Shown here piece by piece: positions 38,030-48,343 of a stretch of 64,000 bases of DNA (positions within the stretch are counted from its first letter, which is position 1; each line of letters starts with the position of its first letter). Source of the DNA: Thermodesulfobacteriota bacterium (GTDB taxonomy: Bacteria; Desulfobacterota; Binatia; Bin18). A program made the position numbers and the translations under genes. The notes below the pieces were generated by a model, which was not told where the DNA came from, did no database searches, and saw only the letters and a list, made by a program, of their open reading frames with translations. The stretch spans positions 1,952,001 through 2,016,000 of the forward strand of contig OZ219926.1 in NCBI GenBank assembly GCA_964291405.2. Direction: 5' to 3'.

Positions 38030-38808
38030 GGCAGTTCCTTCCTCACTTTTTCCAGATAATCGAGATCAATCTCGGCAGTGATGAAACACTCGCGGTCGGG
38101 CGCTCGGGCAAGAATCTTGCCCCACGGATCAATAATCATGGAGTTGCCATAGTCGGCAAAGCCGTACACGTTTTTGCCGATCTGGTTCGGGGCAATGATA
38201 TACACCTGGTTCTCAATGGCCCGCGCCCGCAGCAAGGCTTCCCAGTGGGCCGCGCCGGTCGGAAAGGTAAACGCCGACGGAACGGAGATGATTTCCGCGC
38301 CCTTGCGGGAGAGCCCCCGGTAGAGTTCAGGGAAACGGAGATCGTAGCAGACCGAAAGGCCTACCGTGCCGAGCGGCGTGGAGGCCACGACGACTTCTTC
38401 CCCCGGCTTCATGCTGTCGGACTCTCTGACGCTGACCTGACCTGGGATATCAACGTCAAAGAGGTGGATCTTGCGGTACTGGGCCAGGAGGTCGCCCTGC
38501 GGGCTGATCAGCAGACTGGTATTATAGGCGCGGGCCTCATTCGATTTTTCGAGGAAGGAACCGGCCAGCAGATGGACCCCGAGTTGGGTTGCCAAATCCT
38601 GTAGGCGGTGTGTGGTCGGACCGGGGATGGGCTCGACCTGTTCGGGCTCTTTTCTATGCCGCCCGCGCCAGGAAAAGACCTCCGGCAGCACGACCAGGGC
38701 GGCGCCCCGTTCTGCGGCCAGGCGTACAAATGTTTCGGCCTTGGCCAGATTCTCTTCTTTTGAGGCGGACGCGGTCATTTGCACTGCCGCGGCGAGGTAG
38801 GATCGCAT
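38005..38808 (-). CDS. Carbon-nitrogen hydrolase, Nit1-like deaminated glutathione amidase
   Basis: LPE, YRKIHLFDV, VCYDLRFPE, HWEALLRARAIENQ and IIDPWG motifs. Confidence 0.92.
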   Translation of the reverse strand: MRSYLAAAVQMTASASKEENLAKAETFVRLAAERGAALVVLPEVFSWRGRHRKEPEQVEPIPGPTTHRLQDLATQLGVHLLAGSFLEKSNEARAYNTSLLISPQGDLLAQYRKIHLFDVDIPGQVSVRESDSMKPGEEVVVASTPLGTVGLSVCYDLRFPELYRGLSRKGAEIISVPSAFTFPTGAAHWEALLRARAIENQVYIIAPNQIGKNVYGFADYGNSMIIDPWGKILARAPDRECFITAEIDLDYLEKVRKELPCLAHQRL

Positions 38809-38944
38809 GATTCAGACTCCTTCAGTCTCTGAGGACGAAGACTACCGAACGCCTCACAGAGGGTCAAGAGAAGAGGCAGGCACTTTGCGACTCCCATCTG
38901 TTTCGATACAGATACATGAGAGTGATCCCACGGTCTCTTTCACT

Positions 38945-39235
38945 ATGCGATCTCATACGAATAGAGCCAGTTGGCGGTGGCGGCTTCAACTCATGGGGGG
39001 AGGCCTGGCAGTCTGTGGGATGTTCCTCGCGGGCTGCCAAACGCTTCAGTATGCGCTGTCTTTTGCCGAGTCGAGGCGTGACCCGCAGCTTGCCCGGATA
39101 TTGGGCACACGAGCGGAACTGGAGGAGCAGTACTGGCAGTGCCGGGTCGAGCACGGGTCCGCCGACGCCGCCGAGTGTGCCCAGTACAAACGAGAGTTGG
39201 ACAAGCCGCCGGCGCTGCCGGCTGCCTCAGAGTAG
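38945..39235 (+). CDS. Small putative lipoprotein
   Basis: ..GLAVCGMFLAG-C lipobox. Start position uncertain. Confidence 0.5.
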   Translation: MRSHTNRASWRWRLQLMGGGLAVCGMFLAGCQTLQYALSFAESRRDPQLARILGTRAELEEQYWQCRVEHGSADAAECAQYKRELDKPPALPAASE

Positions 39236-39265
39236 GAGCCCCAACACCAGCGGACGGCTCCCCGC

Positions 39266-40024
39266 TCAGGACCTCGGCATATCCATAACGGCCATGCCCT
39301 CCAGAGCCAGCCCATAGCCCAGACCGTCAAGCATCAGTTTTTTGATCTGATGGGTAATGGAGATGCGTGCATACCGTAGCGTCAGCGGAGGCTGTTTGGC
39401 CAATTGTTCGGCCAGCTCCCAGGCGCGAGCGGACAGTTGATCCGGTGGCAGCACCTCATTCACCACCCCAAGGCTGAGCGCCTCCTGGGCGGACAGCTTT
39501 TGCCCGGTCAGGAGAAAATAGCGCCCCCGGTTGGCCCCCAAAAGTAGCGGCCAAACCAGATGGACGCCGTCACCCGGTACGATACCATTTGGAAAATGGG
39601 GAGCATCCTGAAACGCCGCGGTCTCGGACGCCAGCACGATATCGCACAGCACGGGGATCTCGGCATGAATGAGGGCCGGCCCGTTGACTGCGGATATCAT
39701 CGGTACGGGAATGTCGAGCAGATTCATCAGCAGACGCTTGCCTTCCCAATACACGGTGTCCCAGCCGCGTGGCGTACCCAGGCTATCCCCAAAGCTGGCA
39801 AAATCGATATCCGCACAATAGCTGTCGCCCGTTCCGGCCAGAATAACAACTTTATTCTCCGGGTCGGCTCCGATATCAACGCAGGCGTGGCCGATTTCGC
39901 GGTGGGCCGGTTCATTCCAGACCAGCGGCCCGTCGTTGACGTGAAAGGTGACTTCGAGAATGCCGTTGCGACGCTGCATTTTCATTGTCTCGTACTTATT
40001 GGCATAATCTTCCAATTGGCTCAT
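39266..40024 (-). CDS. Crotonase-family beta-diketone hydrolase, 6-oxocamphor hydrolase (CamK)-like
   Basis: LVWNEPAH, ENKVVIL, LGTPRGWD, VNGPALIHAEIPV, FQDAPHFPNGIVPGDGVHLVWP and NRGRYFLLTGQ closely follow the CamK sequence as recalled. Confidence 0.85.
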   Translation of the reverse strand: MSQLEDYANKYETMKMQRRNGILEVTFHVNDGPLVWNEPAHREIGHACVDIGADPENKVVILAGTGDSYCADIDFASFGDSLGTPRGWDTVYWEGKRLLMNLLDIPVPMISAVNGPALIHAEIPVLCDIVLASETAAFQDAPHFPNGIVPGDGVHLVWPLLLGANRGRYFLLTGQKLSAQEALSLGVVNEVLPPDQLSARAWELAEQLAKQPPLTLRYARISITHQIKKLMLDGLGYGLALEGMAVMDMPRS

Positions 40025-40137
40025 CTGTCCCCTCCTGTGTGCTTTTACATCTTCTTCTAACGCTTCTCTCAGGGCGCTGTCGAGAGATATGGTATATGAG
40101 GAATACGTCTGCACCAATAAAAGAAAGGTGAATAGCC

Positions 40138-40800
40138 ATGCCGCAGTTTGAGAGAACCGAGCGAACCCGATTACGCCGCATGCCGGAGCGCGCGTCGTAC
40201 GACGCCGCAGTCGTCGGGGCCATTTTGTCGGAAGGCTTGTACTGTCATGTCGGCTTCAGCGTTGACGGCCAACCGTATGTGATTCCCACGATCTACGCGC
40301 ATATTGAGGATCGTCTGTATATTCACGGTTCGGCTGCGAGCCGGATGCTACGCACGATTGGGGAGAGTCTGCCGGTTTGCGTCACGGTTACCCTGATGGA
40401 CGGTCTGGTGCTGGCCCGTTCTGCCTTTCATCATTCGATGAATTATCGTTCCGTGGTGATTCTCGGTCAGGCGACAGAAGTCACCGATCCGAACGAAAAG
40501 CAGACCGCCCTCAAAGCCATTGTCGATCACGTCATGCCCGAACGCTGGGCTGACGTCCGCGAACCCTCGGCTCAGGAACTGAAGGCCACCAGCGTAATCC
40601 GAGTGCCCCTGGAAGAGGTGTCGGCAAAAATTCGTACCGGGCCACCGGTGGATGCGGAGGAAGACTATCAGCTCAACTGCTGGGCGGGCGAGCTGCCGTT
40701 GCACCTGGTGCCGCAACAGCCGGTCGCTGACCCGCAACTCCGGGCCGGTATCGCTCTGCCGGAGTACGCGAAAGATTATCAACGTTCCGGAGAGAAATGA
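40138..40800 (+). CDS. Pyridoxamine 5'-phosphate oxidase-like flavin-binding protein
   Basis: PYVIPT, YIHGSAASR, DGLVLARSAFHHSMNYRSVV and SAKIRTGPP motifs. Confidence 0.92.
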   Translation: MPQFERTERTRLRRMPERASYDAAVVGAILSEGLYCHVGFSVDGQPYVIPTIYAHIEDRLYIHGSAASRMLRTIGESLPVCVTVTLMDGLVLARSAFHHSMNYRSVVILGQATEVTDPNEKQTALKAIVDHVMPERWADVREPSAQELKATSVIRVPLEEVSAKIRTGPPVDAEEDYQLNCWAGELPLHLVPQQPVADPQLRAGIALPEYAKDYQRSGEK

Positions 40801-41435
40801 TGTACTGCCCAGAAGCATTTGTGGTTTCAGACCCCGAACAGCTCCAGAGTTTTATCGAGCAATACAGCTTTGCCACGTTAGTGAACACCGTAGATGGCCA
40901 TCCTTTTGCAACGCATCTTCCACTCCTTCTTGACATCAGCACTTCAGCGCACGGGACACTGCTTGGTCACATGGCGCGGGCCAACCCGCAATGGCAGACT
41001 TTCGAGGGCAGTCAGGAAGTGCTCGCTATATTTCAAGGACCGCACTCCTATATCTCCCCGAGTTGGTACGAGACGACGCCGGCTGTTCCAACTTGGAATT
41101 ATGCAACGGTGCACGTGTATGGCGTGCCTCGCATTATCGAGGATAGCGAGCGGCTCGCGACTTTGGTTGACCGGCTTACCACCGTCTACGAGTCCGGGAT
41201 GCCACAACCATGGCCAGGAGATATCCCGAGGGACTTTAAGCAAAAGCTGCTCAAGGCCATTGTCGGCTTTGTGATTGATATCACACGCATTGAAGGAAAA
41301 TTCAAACTTGGTCAGAACAGGCCGCTTGCGGATCAACAGGCGGTAGCCCGACGGCTCGCTACGCAGGCTGATCCCGTTGCGCATGAATTGAGCGCGCTGA
41401 CGCTGGCACAGCTCGCAAAAAATGCTTCCGTCTGA
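40797..41435 (+). CDS. PaiB-like FMN-binding protein
   Basis: ATHLP, GHMARANPQW, YISPSWY, VPTWNY and GKFKLGQNR motifs. Confidence 0.92.
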   Translation: MMYCPEAFVVSDPEQLQSFIEQYSFATLVNTVDGHPFATHLPLLLDISTSAHGTLLGHMARANPQWQTFEGSQEVLAIFQGPHSYISPSWYETTPAVPTWNYATVHVYGVPRIIEDSERLATLVDRLTTVYESGMPQPWPGDIPRDFKQKLLKAIVGFVIDITRIEGKFKLGQNRPLADQQAVARRLATQADPVAHELSALTLAQLAKNASV

Positions 41436-41502
41436 ACGCTGGAGGGGGTTGGCTTAACGAAAAAGAATAACGAAAAAGAATATTCCCGCCGAACACTGCA
41501 CC

Positions 41503-42495
41503 CTATTCCGACAGCGCTCCGCCGCAGGAGCTGCCTGCGCCGGCGGTGCAGCCATAGCAATGGGCATCCAGACGGATGTCCCGGCCGATGAGCTGCCGGA
41601 TCAGGCTGTCGGCCGAGTGTTCGCCTAAGCGCAGCGGAGTGCCGTTGCCCAGCCGCAGATCAAGCATCTGGTTAAAATCGCAGTCGTACAGATAGCCGTC
41701 CCAGGAGACGCTCACCAAGTGGCGACACATCAGGCTCTCAAGCGTGGCCGGATTAAAGGCCTGGGCCAACAGCTCCATATATTCGGCCAGCTTGCCATCT
41801 CGCTCCAGGCTATGGGCAAAGCGGGCGATGGGCATATTCGTAATCGTCAGCAGACTGTTAAATGTCAGCCCGAAGCGTTCGCCGAGTTCTCGTTTATAAT
41901 CCGCCTCCAGGTTTTTCTGAGGTGGCGGCAGGTGAGCACCAACCGGGTTGTAGACAAGATTGAGGACTAAGCTCGAACCTGCCCGCCCATAGCCAAGGGC
42001 GTTCAATTGTCGGAGGGCGGCAATGGATTTCTCGTAGACACCGTGGCCGCGTTGCGCCGAGACATTCTCTTCCGAGTAACAGGGCAGGCTGGCAAAGATT
42101 TCAACCTGATGTTCGGCCAAAAACTCGGCCAAGTCTTCCTGACCGGGCTCAAACAGGACGGTCAAATTACAGCGGTCCAGCACATGCCGACCGTCCTGGC
42201 GGTTTTGCTCAACCAGAAAGCGGAAAGATGGATTCAGCTCGGGCGCGCCGCCGGTCAGATCGACCGTCCGAGCCCGGGCCGCGCGGATGAGTTCGAGTGC
42301 CAGTTCGGCCGTTTGCGGCGCCATGATCTCGGTCCGTTTCGGACCGGCGTCCACATGACAGTGGAGGCAGGCCTGGTTGCACAGCTTGCCCAGGTTGATC
42401 TGAACAGTATCCAGATTGACCCGTTTAAGAGGAAAGCTCTTCTCTTGGCCTACTCGCTCTGTAAAAGGCTGAAAAGATTGTTCAGCAACGTGCAT
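41503..42495 (-). CDS. arsS: Arsenosugar biosynthesis radical SAM protein ArsS (Cys form)
   Basis: QINLGKLCNQACLHCHVDAGP, DLTGGAPE, ASLPCY, YDCDFNQML and HCYGCTAGAGSSCGGAL motifs. Confidence 0.88.
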   Translation of the reverse strand: MHVAEQSFQPFTERVGQEKSFPLKRVNLDTVQINLGKLCNQACLHCHVDAGPKRTEIMAPQTAELALELIRAARARTVDLTGGAPELNPSFRFLVEQNRQDGRHVLDRCNLTVLFEPGQEDLAEFLAEHQVEIFASLPCYSEENVSAQRGHGVYEKSIAALRQLNALGYGRAGSSLVLNLVYNPVGAHLPPPQKNLEADYKRELGERFGLTFNSLLTITNMPIARFAHSLERDGKLAEYMELLAQAFNPATLESLMCRHLVSVSWDGYLYDCDFNQMLDLRLGNGTPLRLGEHSADSLIRQLIGRDIRLDAHCYGCTAGAGSSCGGALSE

Positions 42496-42517
42496 GCCTG
42501 TGTATCCACTCCTTGGG

Positions 42518-43435
42518 CTAACAGCATTTACTTGGCGCACAGCACGCCTGCGTGTCTGTGGTCGCTTGATAGTCGAGCGCCTTAGTGCCAGGTTCCCCTT
42601 TATAGGCAACCACGGTCATGGACCGGAACGCGATTCCTTCGACCGTTTGCCACGGCTGCTCATCACGCTTGAGGACGGCTATGCCGCAGAAACCGGCTTC
42701 TTCGAACGCTGTGATGAATTCCTTTTCCTGCATGGCCCCAGAGACGCAGCCGCTCCATAATTCGGGGTCGGCTTTCAGGTGAGCCGGCACCGGTTCGTCG
42801 GCAACGATATCAGAGATGACCGTCCGCCCGCCCTGGCGCATTACCCGAAAGATTTCACTAAACAGTTGCCGTTTGTCTGCATCCTGGACCAAGTTGAGCA
42901 CGCAGTTCGAGACGACAACATCAACACAACCGTCGGCAATCAGCGGCCGTTGCGCGCGCTGTTCGGTCATGACCGTCTCAAAGGTTTGGAGTTCTTCAAA
43001 CGAGGCCACCGGGTGCTCGCGCAGATAAACATCTGCGGCATCGAGGTCGGTGCGCAAATCCTGGATTCTGCCGCGGTGAAACTCGACGTTGTGATAACCC
43101 AGTTGTTCGCCAATGGAATGACGATATTTCTCCGCTAGGGCTAACATCTCCGGCGTCATATCAACGCCGATAACCCGGCCTTCAGCCCCAACGACCTGGG
43201 CGGCAATATAACAGATCTTGCCCGCACCCGAGCCGAGATCAAGCACGGTTTCGCCGGGCCGGAGGTGCTGCGAGGGGTCCCCACAGCCGTAGTCACGCGC
43301 AAGAATTTCTTCAGGGATGAGCGCGAGAAAGCGTGGGTTATAGTCCACCGGACAACACAGCGCCGCTTCCTCCTGCTGTGCTCCCACGGAATAGCGAGCT
43401 TTGACCGCCTGCTCGACATCAAACACTTCTGCCAT
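42518..43435 (-). CDS. arsM: Arsenite methyltransferase-like SAM methyltransferase
   Basis: LCCP, YGCGDP, VLDLGSGAG, VSNCVLNL, WSGCVSGA and C-terminal CC..CC; adjacent to arsS. Confidence 0.8.
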   Translation of the reverse strand: MAEVFDVEQAVKARYSVGAQQEEAALCCPVDYNPRFLALIPEEILARDYGCGDPSQHLRPGETVLDLGSGAGKICYIAAQVVGAEGRVIGVDMTPEMLALAEKYRHSIGEQLGYHNVEFHRGRIQDLRTDLDAADVYLREHPVASFEELQTFETVMTEQRAQRPLIADGCVDVVVSNCVLNLVQDADKRQLFSEIFRVMRQGGRTVISDIVADEPVPAHLKADPELWSGCVSGAMQEKEFITAFEEAGFCGIAVLKRDEQPWQTVEGIAFRSMTVVAYKGEPGTKALDYQATTDTQACCAPSKCC

Positions 43436-43652
43436 TGCTTCTTCTCCTTCTGGATCACGACCATTAGAACTGGATCGGTATACTATCGTATCTCTTCGTC
43501 AGTGTACTAGTGTCCCACGGACGATCAAGCTACCACCGTGGAGGTATCGTGCGGCGCGCTCTGGTGGAGGCCCAGGCTTTGCTCCAGTGTTGACGGAATC
43601 ACGCAGACATCTTATTGCGAGAGGGATAGCTCCCCATGCTGAGGCAGACTGA

Positions 43653-44852
43653 ATGCCAACGATGAAAGACGACGCGGTCTCGGAATCGGATACAGCGGCA
43701 GGCTTCCACCTCCGACCTCACTTCAAGCGCTTCAACCAAAAAGATGACGTGTTTCGTCGCTCGTGGTGGGATGAACGTATTCGGACCCGGAAGAGCGAGT
43801 TATTCTACGAGACGTATAGAGAGCCGCTCAAAACCTGGCGCAAGGTTGATGGTTTTACCCAAAAGGATTATGCGCTTCGCAATGCCGCCTGGCATGTCAG
43901 CGACCTCTTCACCGAAATTAAACAAGACCAAGATCGTCGAGAAGGCTTTTCCGACGAGTTTACCTTGTACCGAGACGTGGCCACAGAGCAGATGGACCTG
44001 GGGACGCCGGCTCAAGCCGCGTCCGAGATAAAACGGGTCGGAAAATCCTTTGGTGCAGACCTGATTGGCATTGCCGAGTACGACGAACGCTGGATGTACG
44101 TGAATAAATTCAGCGACATGAGTAAACGCGAAAAGCCACAAGAAATACCTGAAGGCCTGTCGTCTGTCATTGTGGTTGCTCAGGCCATGGACTACGACCT
44201 GATTCGGACCGTTCCGTCTGCCCTCAGCGGGGCGGCCACCGGCCTTGGGTATTCGCACGACGCCCTCGTTGTCTTGTCACTCGCCCAGTACATCCGCAAC
44301 CTCGGCTATAGTGCGATTGCGAGTATGAACGATACCGCGCTCGCCATTCCGTATGCGATCAAGGCCGGCTTGGGTGAGTATGGGCGGCTTGGGCTGTTAA
44401 TTACCAAAGAGTTCGGCCCTCGCGTCCGGCTCGGCAAAATTTTTACCAACCTCCCGCTTGCGCCCGATAGACCGATTCGGTTTGGGGTGAAGGAGTTTTG
44501 CGATACGTGTCGGCGGTGTTCTGAGGGCTGTCCGGTGAACGCCATTCCCTCGAACGCCCCGTCGGACGAAATCTACAATCAGTCCAACATCAAAGGGGTG
44601 GTGAAATGGACGGTCGATGGGGAGAAATGTTTCGGCTATTGGGCCGCCCAGAATAGTGACTGCTCTATTTGTATCCGGGTGTGTCCCTACAACAAGGACT
44701 TCTCCAAATGGTATACGCGGCTCGGACGCTGGCTGGCCGGCACGCGATTACGCAAGCTGATGTTGCGGCTTGACCTTGCCCTGGGTTTTGGGAGCCGGAT
44801 GCCCTCGAAGCGGTGGTGGCGGGGGGAAGGGGAAACCGCGGGTGGCTCCTGA
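43653..44852 (+). CDS. Reductive dehalogenase-family cobalamin/2x[4Fe-4S] protein, no Tat signal
   Basis: FGADLIGI, IRNLGYSA, AGLGEYGRLGLLITKEFGPRVRL, FCDTCRRCSEGCP and CFGYW..CSICIRVCP motifs. Confidence 0.8.
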   Translation: MPTMKDDAVSESDTAAGFHLRPHFKRFNQKDDVFRRSWWDERIRTRKSELFYETYREPLKTWRKVDGFTQKDYALRNAAWHVSDLFTEIKQDQDRREGFSDEFTLYRDVATEQMDLGTPAQAASEIKRVGKSFGADLIGIAEYDERWMYVNKFSDMSKREKPQEIPEGLSSVIVVAQAMDYDLIRTVPSALSGAATGLGYSHDALVVLSLAQYIRNLGYSAIASMNDTALAIPYAIKAGLGEYGRLGLLITKEFGPRVRLGKIFTNLPLAPDRPIRFGVKEFCDTCRRCSEGCPVNAIPSNAPSDEIYNQSNIKGVVKWTVDGEKCFGYWAAQNSDCSICIRVCPYNKDFSKWYTRLGRWLAGTRLRKLMLRLDLALGFGSRMPSKRWWRGEGETAGGS

Positions 44853-44925
44853 GCCGCTTGGCGTGGGGGAAGGGGAAATGGTGAGAGCCGCCGAACGACC
44901 CTGCCCACCCGCCCTGTAACGCGCA

Positions 44926-46299
44926 TCACCCTGGAAAGGTCACCTCAGGCACGGTCTGCATAGCCCGTTCAATCGCTTCGGCCGGATACTCGTAGCGTTC
45001 GAGTTTCCCGGCGTGGTAGTCCGCATAGGCGCTCATATCAAAATGACCGTGGCCGCTTAGATTAAACGCAATGACTTTCTTTTCGCCGCTTTCCCGGCAC
45101 TGCACGGCCTCGTTCATCGCCGCGCAGACCGCGTGGTTGGACTCGGGCGCCGGCACGATACCTTCGGCCCTGGCAAACGCCACACCGGCCTCAAAGGTCA
45201 CAAGCTGATCAAACGCGGTGGCTTCGATATGGCCACCGTGTAAAAGCGCACTCACGTGCGGAGCCATGCCGTGATAGCGCAGCCCGCCGGCATGGATGGT
45301 GGCCGGCATAAACGAATGACCCAGCGTATACATCTGACAAATCGGTGCGACACAGCCGGCGTCGGCCCAGTCCCAGGTGAAGGAGCCTTTGGTTAAGGTC
45401 GGGCAGGCGGCCGGCTCGACCGCGATGATACGCGTGCGCTTGCCGTGCTTGAGTTTCTCTCGAACAAACGGAAAGGCAAACCCGGCAAAATTCGAGCCCC
45501 CGCCAGCACAGCCGATCACAATGTCCGGATACTCGCCGGCCATCTCCATTTGCAGCAGGGTCTCCTCACCAATAATGGTTTGATGGAGTAACACGTGCGG
45601 AAGAAAAGAGCCGAGACTATACTTTTTTGTCCCCCCGGACGTTTGGGCGGCTTCGATCCCTTCGGAGACCGCCAGCCCCAATGAGCCGGGATGGTCCGGA
45701 TTGTCGGCCAAAAACCGCCGGCCTACTTCGGTGCGGTCGGACGGACTGGCAAACACCTCGGCGCCATAGGTCGTAATCACGTGGCGGCGGTAGGGCTTTT
45801 GCTGGTAGGAGATACGGACCATATACACCTCGCAGCCAAGCCCGAACATATTGCAGGCCATGGCCAACGCGGTACCCCACTGGCCCGCCCCCGTTTCCGT
45901 CGTCAGCGTCTCGATACCTTCTTGCTTGGCGTAAAAGGCCTGGGCCACGGCCGTGTTCGGCTTATGCGAACCAACCGGACTGACGCCCTCGTATTTGTAA
46001 TAGATATGGGCTGGGGTCTGGAGCGCCTGCTCCAGGCGACGAGCCCGAAAAAAAGGAGTCGGCCGCCAGAGTTTATAAATATCACGGACCGGCTCCGGGA
46101 TCTCAATATACTGCTCTTGGCTGACATCCTGAGCGAGGAGCGCTGTTGGCGTAAAGGAAGCGAGGTACTCGGGCGTGACCGGCTGTTTGGTTTCCGGGTG
46201 GAGCGGCGGCATCAGGGGCACGGGCATATCGGCGTTGATGTTATACCACGCCGTGGGCATCTGGCGTTCTTCCAGCAGATATTTGATCTGGTCGCTCAT
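44926..46299 (-). CDS. trpB2: TrpB-like PLP enzyme (TrpB2)
   Basis: [35 protein letters not shown] and FNLSGHG motifs. Confidence 0.93.
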   Translation of the reverse strand: MSDQIKYLLEERQMPTAWYNINADMPVPLMPPLHPETKQPVTPEYLASFTPTALLAQDVSQEQYIEIPEPVRDIYKLWRPTPFFRARRLEQALQTPAHIYYKYEGVSPVGSHKPNTAVAQAFYAKQEGIETLTTETGAGQWGTALAMACNMFGLGCEVYMVRISYQQKPYRRHVITTYGAEVFASPSDRTEVGRRFLADNPDHPGSLGLAVSEGIEAAQTSGGTKKYSLGSFLPHVLLHQTIIGEETLLQMEMAGEYPDIVIGCAGGGSNFAGFAFPFVREKLKHGKRTRIIAVEPAACPTLTKGSFTWDWADAGCVAPICQMYTLGHSFMPATIHAGGLRYHGMAPHVSALLHGGHIEATAFDQLVTFEAGVAFARAEGIVPAPESNHAVCAAMNEAVQCRESGEKKVIAFNLSGHGHFDMSAYADYHAGKLERYEYPAEAIERAMQTVPEVTFPG

Positions 46300-46628
46300 G
46301 CACTCAATCCTTGAGCCGGGTCGCTACGCCTGAGTTACGTCGCGGACCGGCCATACGACGTCCTTGGGTCGTGATGCTGCTCCGAAATCCGCGCTGTTGC
46401 ATAATGCTTTGCCTTCCTTATGCGATAGGCCGGGCAATATAACATCTTTTTTTTGGAACGTCGCTAGGCCGCGAGGAAAAACCCCGCTTCTCGCGGCAGG
46501 CGTGCTCATCCGCAAACGGTCTCTCTCTGTAGGAGCGCGACCCCTGCGAGATATGCCTTCCCTTTATTGAGAGCCTCCAACACGCTAGAAGAAACGCTCT
46601 GGCATAGCGCAAGGAGGAATACAGCATC

Positions 46629-47390
46629 ATGGCAGGGCAAGTAGACGGAAAAATTGCATTGGTGACGGGCGGGGGGTCGGGTATTGGTCGGTCTACGTCA
46701 TTGGCGTTCGCCCGCGAAGGCGCGACGGTCGTTGTTTCCGATGTAGTTGTTGAAGGTGGAGAGGAGACGGTCAATCTCATCAAATCCGCCGGGGGCGACG
46801 CGGTGTTCGTTCAAACCGATGTGGCTCAGGCTGCTGAAGTCGAGGTATTAGTTACACGAGCGGTTGAGACGTATGGGCGGCTTGACTGCGCATTCAATAA
46901 CGCCGGGATTGCGGGAGCTGCGGCTCGGACCGGAGAGTATACACTGAAACACTGGGACCGGGTGATTGCGATTAACCTGACCGGGGTGTGGCTGTGCATG
47001 AAGTATGAGCTCCAGCATATGCTGACGCAAGGCAGTGGTGTGATTGTCAATACCGCCTCAGTTGCCGGTCTGGTTGGTTTTCGGAGTGGACCTGCGTATG
47101 TGGCCGCAAAGCACGGTGTGGTCGGACTGACCAAAACCGCGGCATTGGAATATGCCAAATCCGGTATTCGCGTGAACGCCGTATGTCCAGGGGTCATCCG
47201 TACACCGATGTTCGAACGCGGCATGGAGATAGACCCACGCATAGAAGACGGGATGACCGCCAGAGAGCCGATTGGCCGCCTGGGAAAACCCGAGGAGATT
47301 GCCGAAGCTGTGGTCTGGCTCTGCTCGGATGCGGCGTCGTTTGTGACCGGCCACCCAATGGTTGTCGATGGCGGTTGGGTTGCCCAGTAG
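46629..47390 (+). CDS. Short-chain dehydrogenase/reductase
   Basis: [13 protein letters not shown] and YVAAKHG motifs. Confidence 0.94.
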   Translation: MAGQVDGKIALVTGGGSGIGRSTSLAFAREGATVVVSDVVVEGGEETVNLIKSAGGDAVFVQTDVAQAAEVEVLVTRAVETYGRLDCAFNNAGIAGAAARTGEYTLKHWDRVIAINLTGVWLCMKYELQHMLTQGSGVIVNTASVAGLVGFRSGPAYVAAKHGVVGLTKTAALEYAKSGIRVNAVCPGVIRTPMFERGMEIDPRIEDGMTAREPIGRLGKPEEIAEAVVWLCSDAASFVTGHPMVVDGGWVAQ

Positions 47391-47446
47391 GACTGGAAGA
47401 AAGGAGCGGAGGAACCGCAAAGAAATGTTCTCCTCGGCGACTCGTA

Positions 47447-48325
47447 CTACGTCTTTTGCCCAAACGCGCTCACCGTCTCCGAGCGTGGATCTCGTCGACT
47501 CCACTGCCCGGCTTTGGCCGTTTGAAAGAATTCGTCGAGCAAAACATTAAAGCGTTCGGTCTCTTCCAAGTTCAACAGATGGCCGCTTTTCGGAAAGATG
47601 CTGAGTCCTGAGTAGGGCATGCTGCGTTTGAGATACAGATTGACATCCAGACAGGATTCATCTTCATCGCCGACAACCAAGAGTGTCGGCGTAGTCACCG
47701 CGCGCAGGTCAGCGGTAAGATCGTACAGCGAGGGCCGTTCGGCCTGGACGTGACGCAGGGTATAGGCTGAGCCCAAGGCTGAGTGTTCAGACAGGTGAGC
47801 CGCAAACTGCTCCCAGACTGCGGGGTTTTTGTTCTGAAGCTGTACCCGGCTGGGGCCGGAGGAAATTCCTGCCGCATCGACCGCGTTCGCCTGTAATATT
47901 TTCTCTGCTACTGCAGCGGTATCGGCTAAGAACTGTTTGCGCGTTTCTGGATACGCGCCCGAACCACCACTGGCAAACACGAGCGCACGGACTCGCTCGG
48001 GGTGCTGCATGGTGAGCATCAGGCCCGTATAGGCTCCCATACTCAGGCCGACGACAAATGCCTGCTCAATATCGAGGGCATCAAGCACGCCCTTCAGATC
48101 AGCAGTAGAGAGGTGCTGGCCGTAGAGCGTCTCGTCTTCGGGAACGTCCGAGGGTGGATAGCCCCGGGCGTTATAGACGACGCACCGATAGTGCTGAGAG
48201 AAATGCTCGACCTGCGGCTGCCAGCTTCGCGCATCGCCGCCAAACTCGTGGACAAAAATAATCGGCTCGCCAGAGCCGGTCTCTTCAACATGGAGGCTGA
48301 CGCCATTTATTTGTCTGCGTGCCAT
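47447..48325 (-). CDS. Alpha/beta hydrolase
   Basis: HEFGG, YNARGYPPS, GLSMG, GDED and GHLLNLE motifs. Confidence 0.92.
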   Translation of the reverse strand: MARRQINGVSLHVEETGSGEPIIFVHEFGGDARSWQPQVEHFSQHYRCVVYNARGYPPSDVPEDETLYGQHLSTADLKGVLDALDIEQAFVVGLSMGAYTGLMLTMQHPERVRALVFASGGSGAYPETRKQFLADTAAVAEKILQANAVDAAGISSGPSRVQLQNKNPAVWEQFAAHLSEHSALGSAYTLRHVQAERPSLYDLTADLRAVTTPTLLVVGDEDESCLDVNLYLKRSMPYSGLSIFPKSGHLLNLEETERFNVLLDEFFQTAKAGQWSRRDPRSETVSAFGQKT

Positions 48326-48343
48326 GCATAATCCTTCCGGGCG

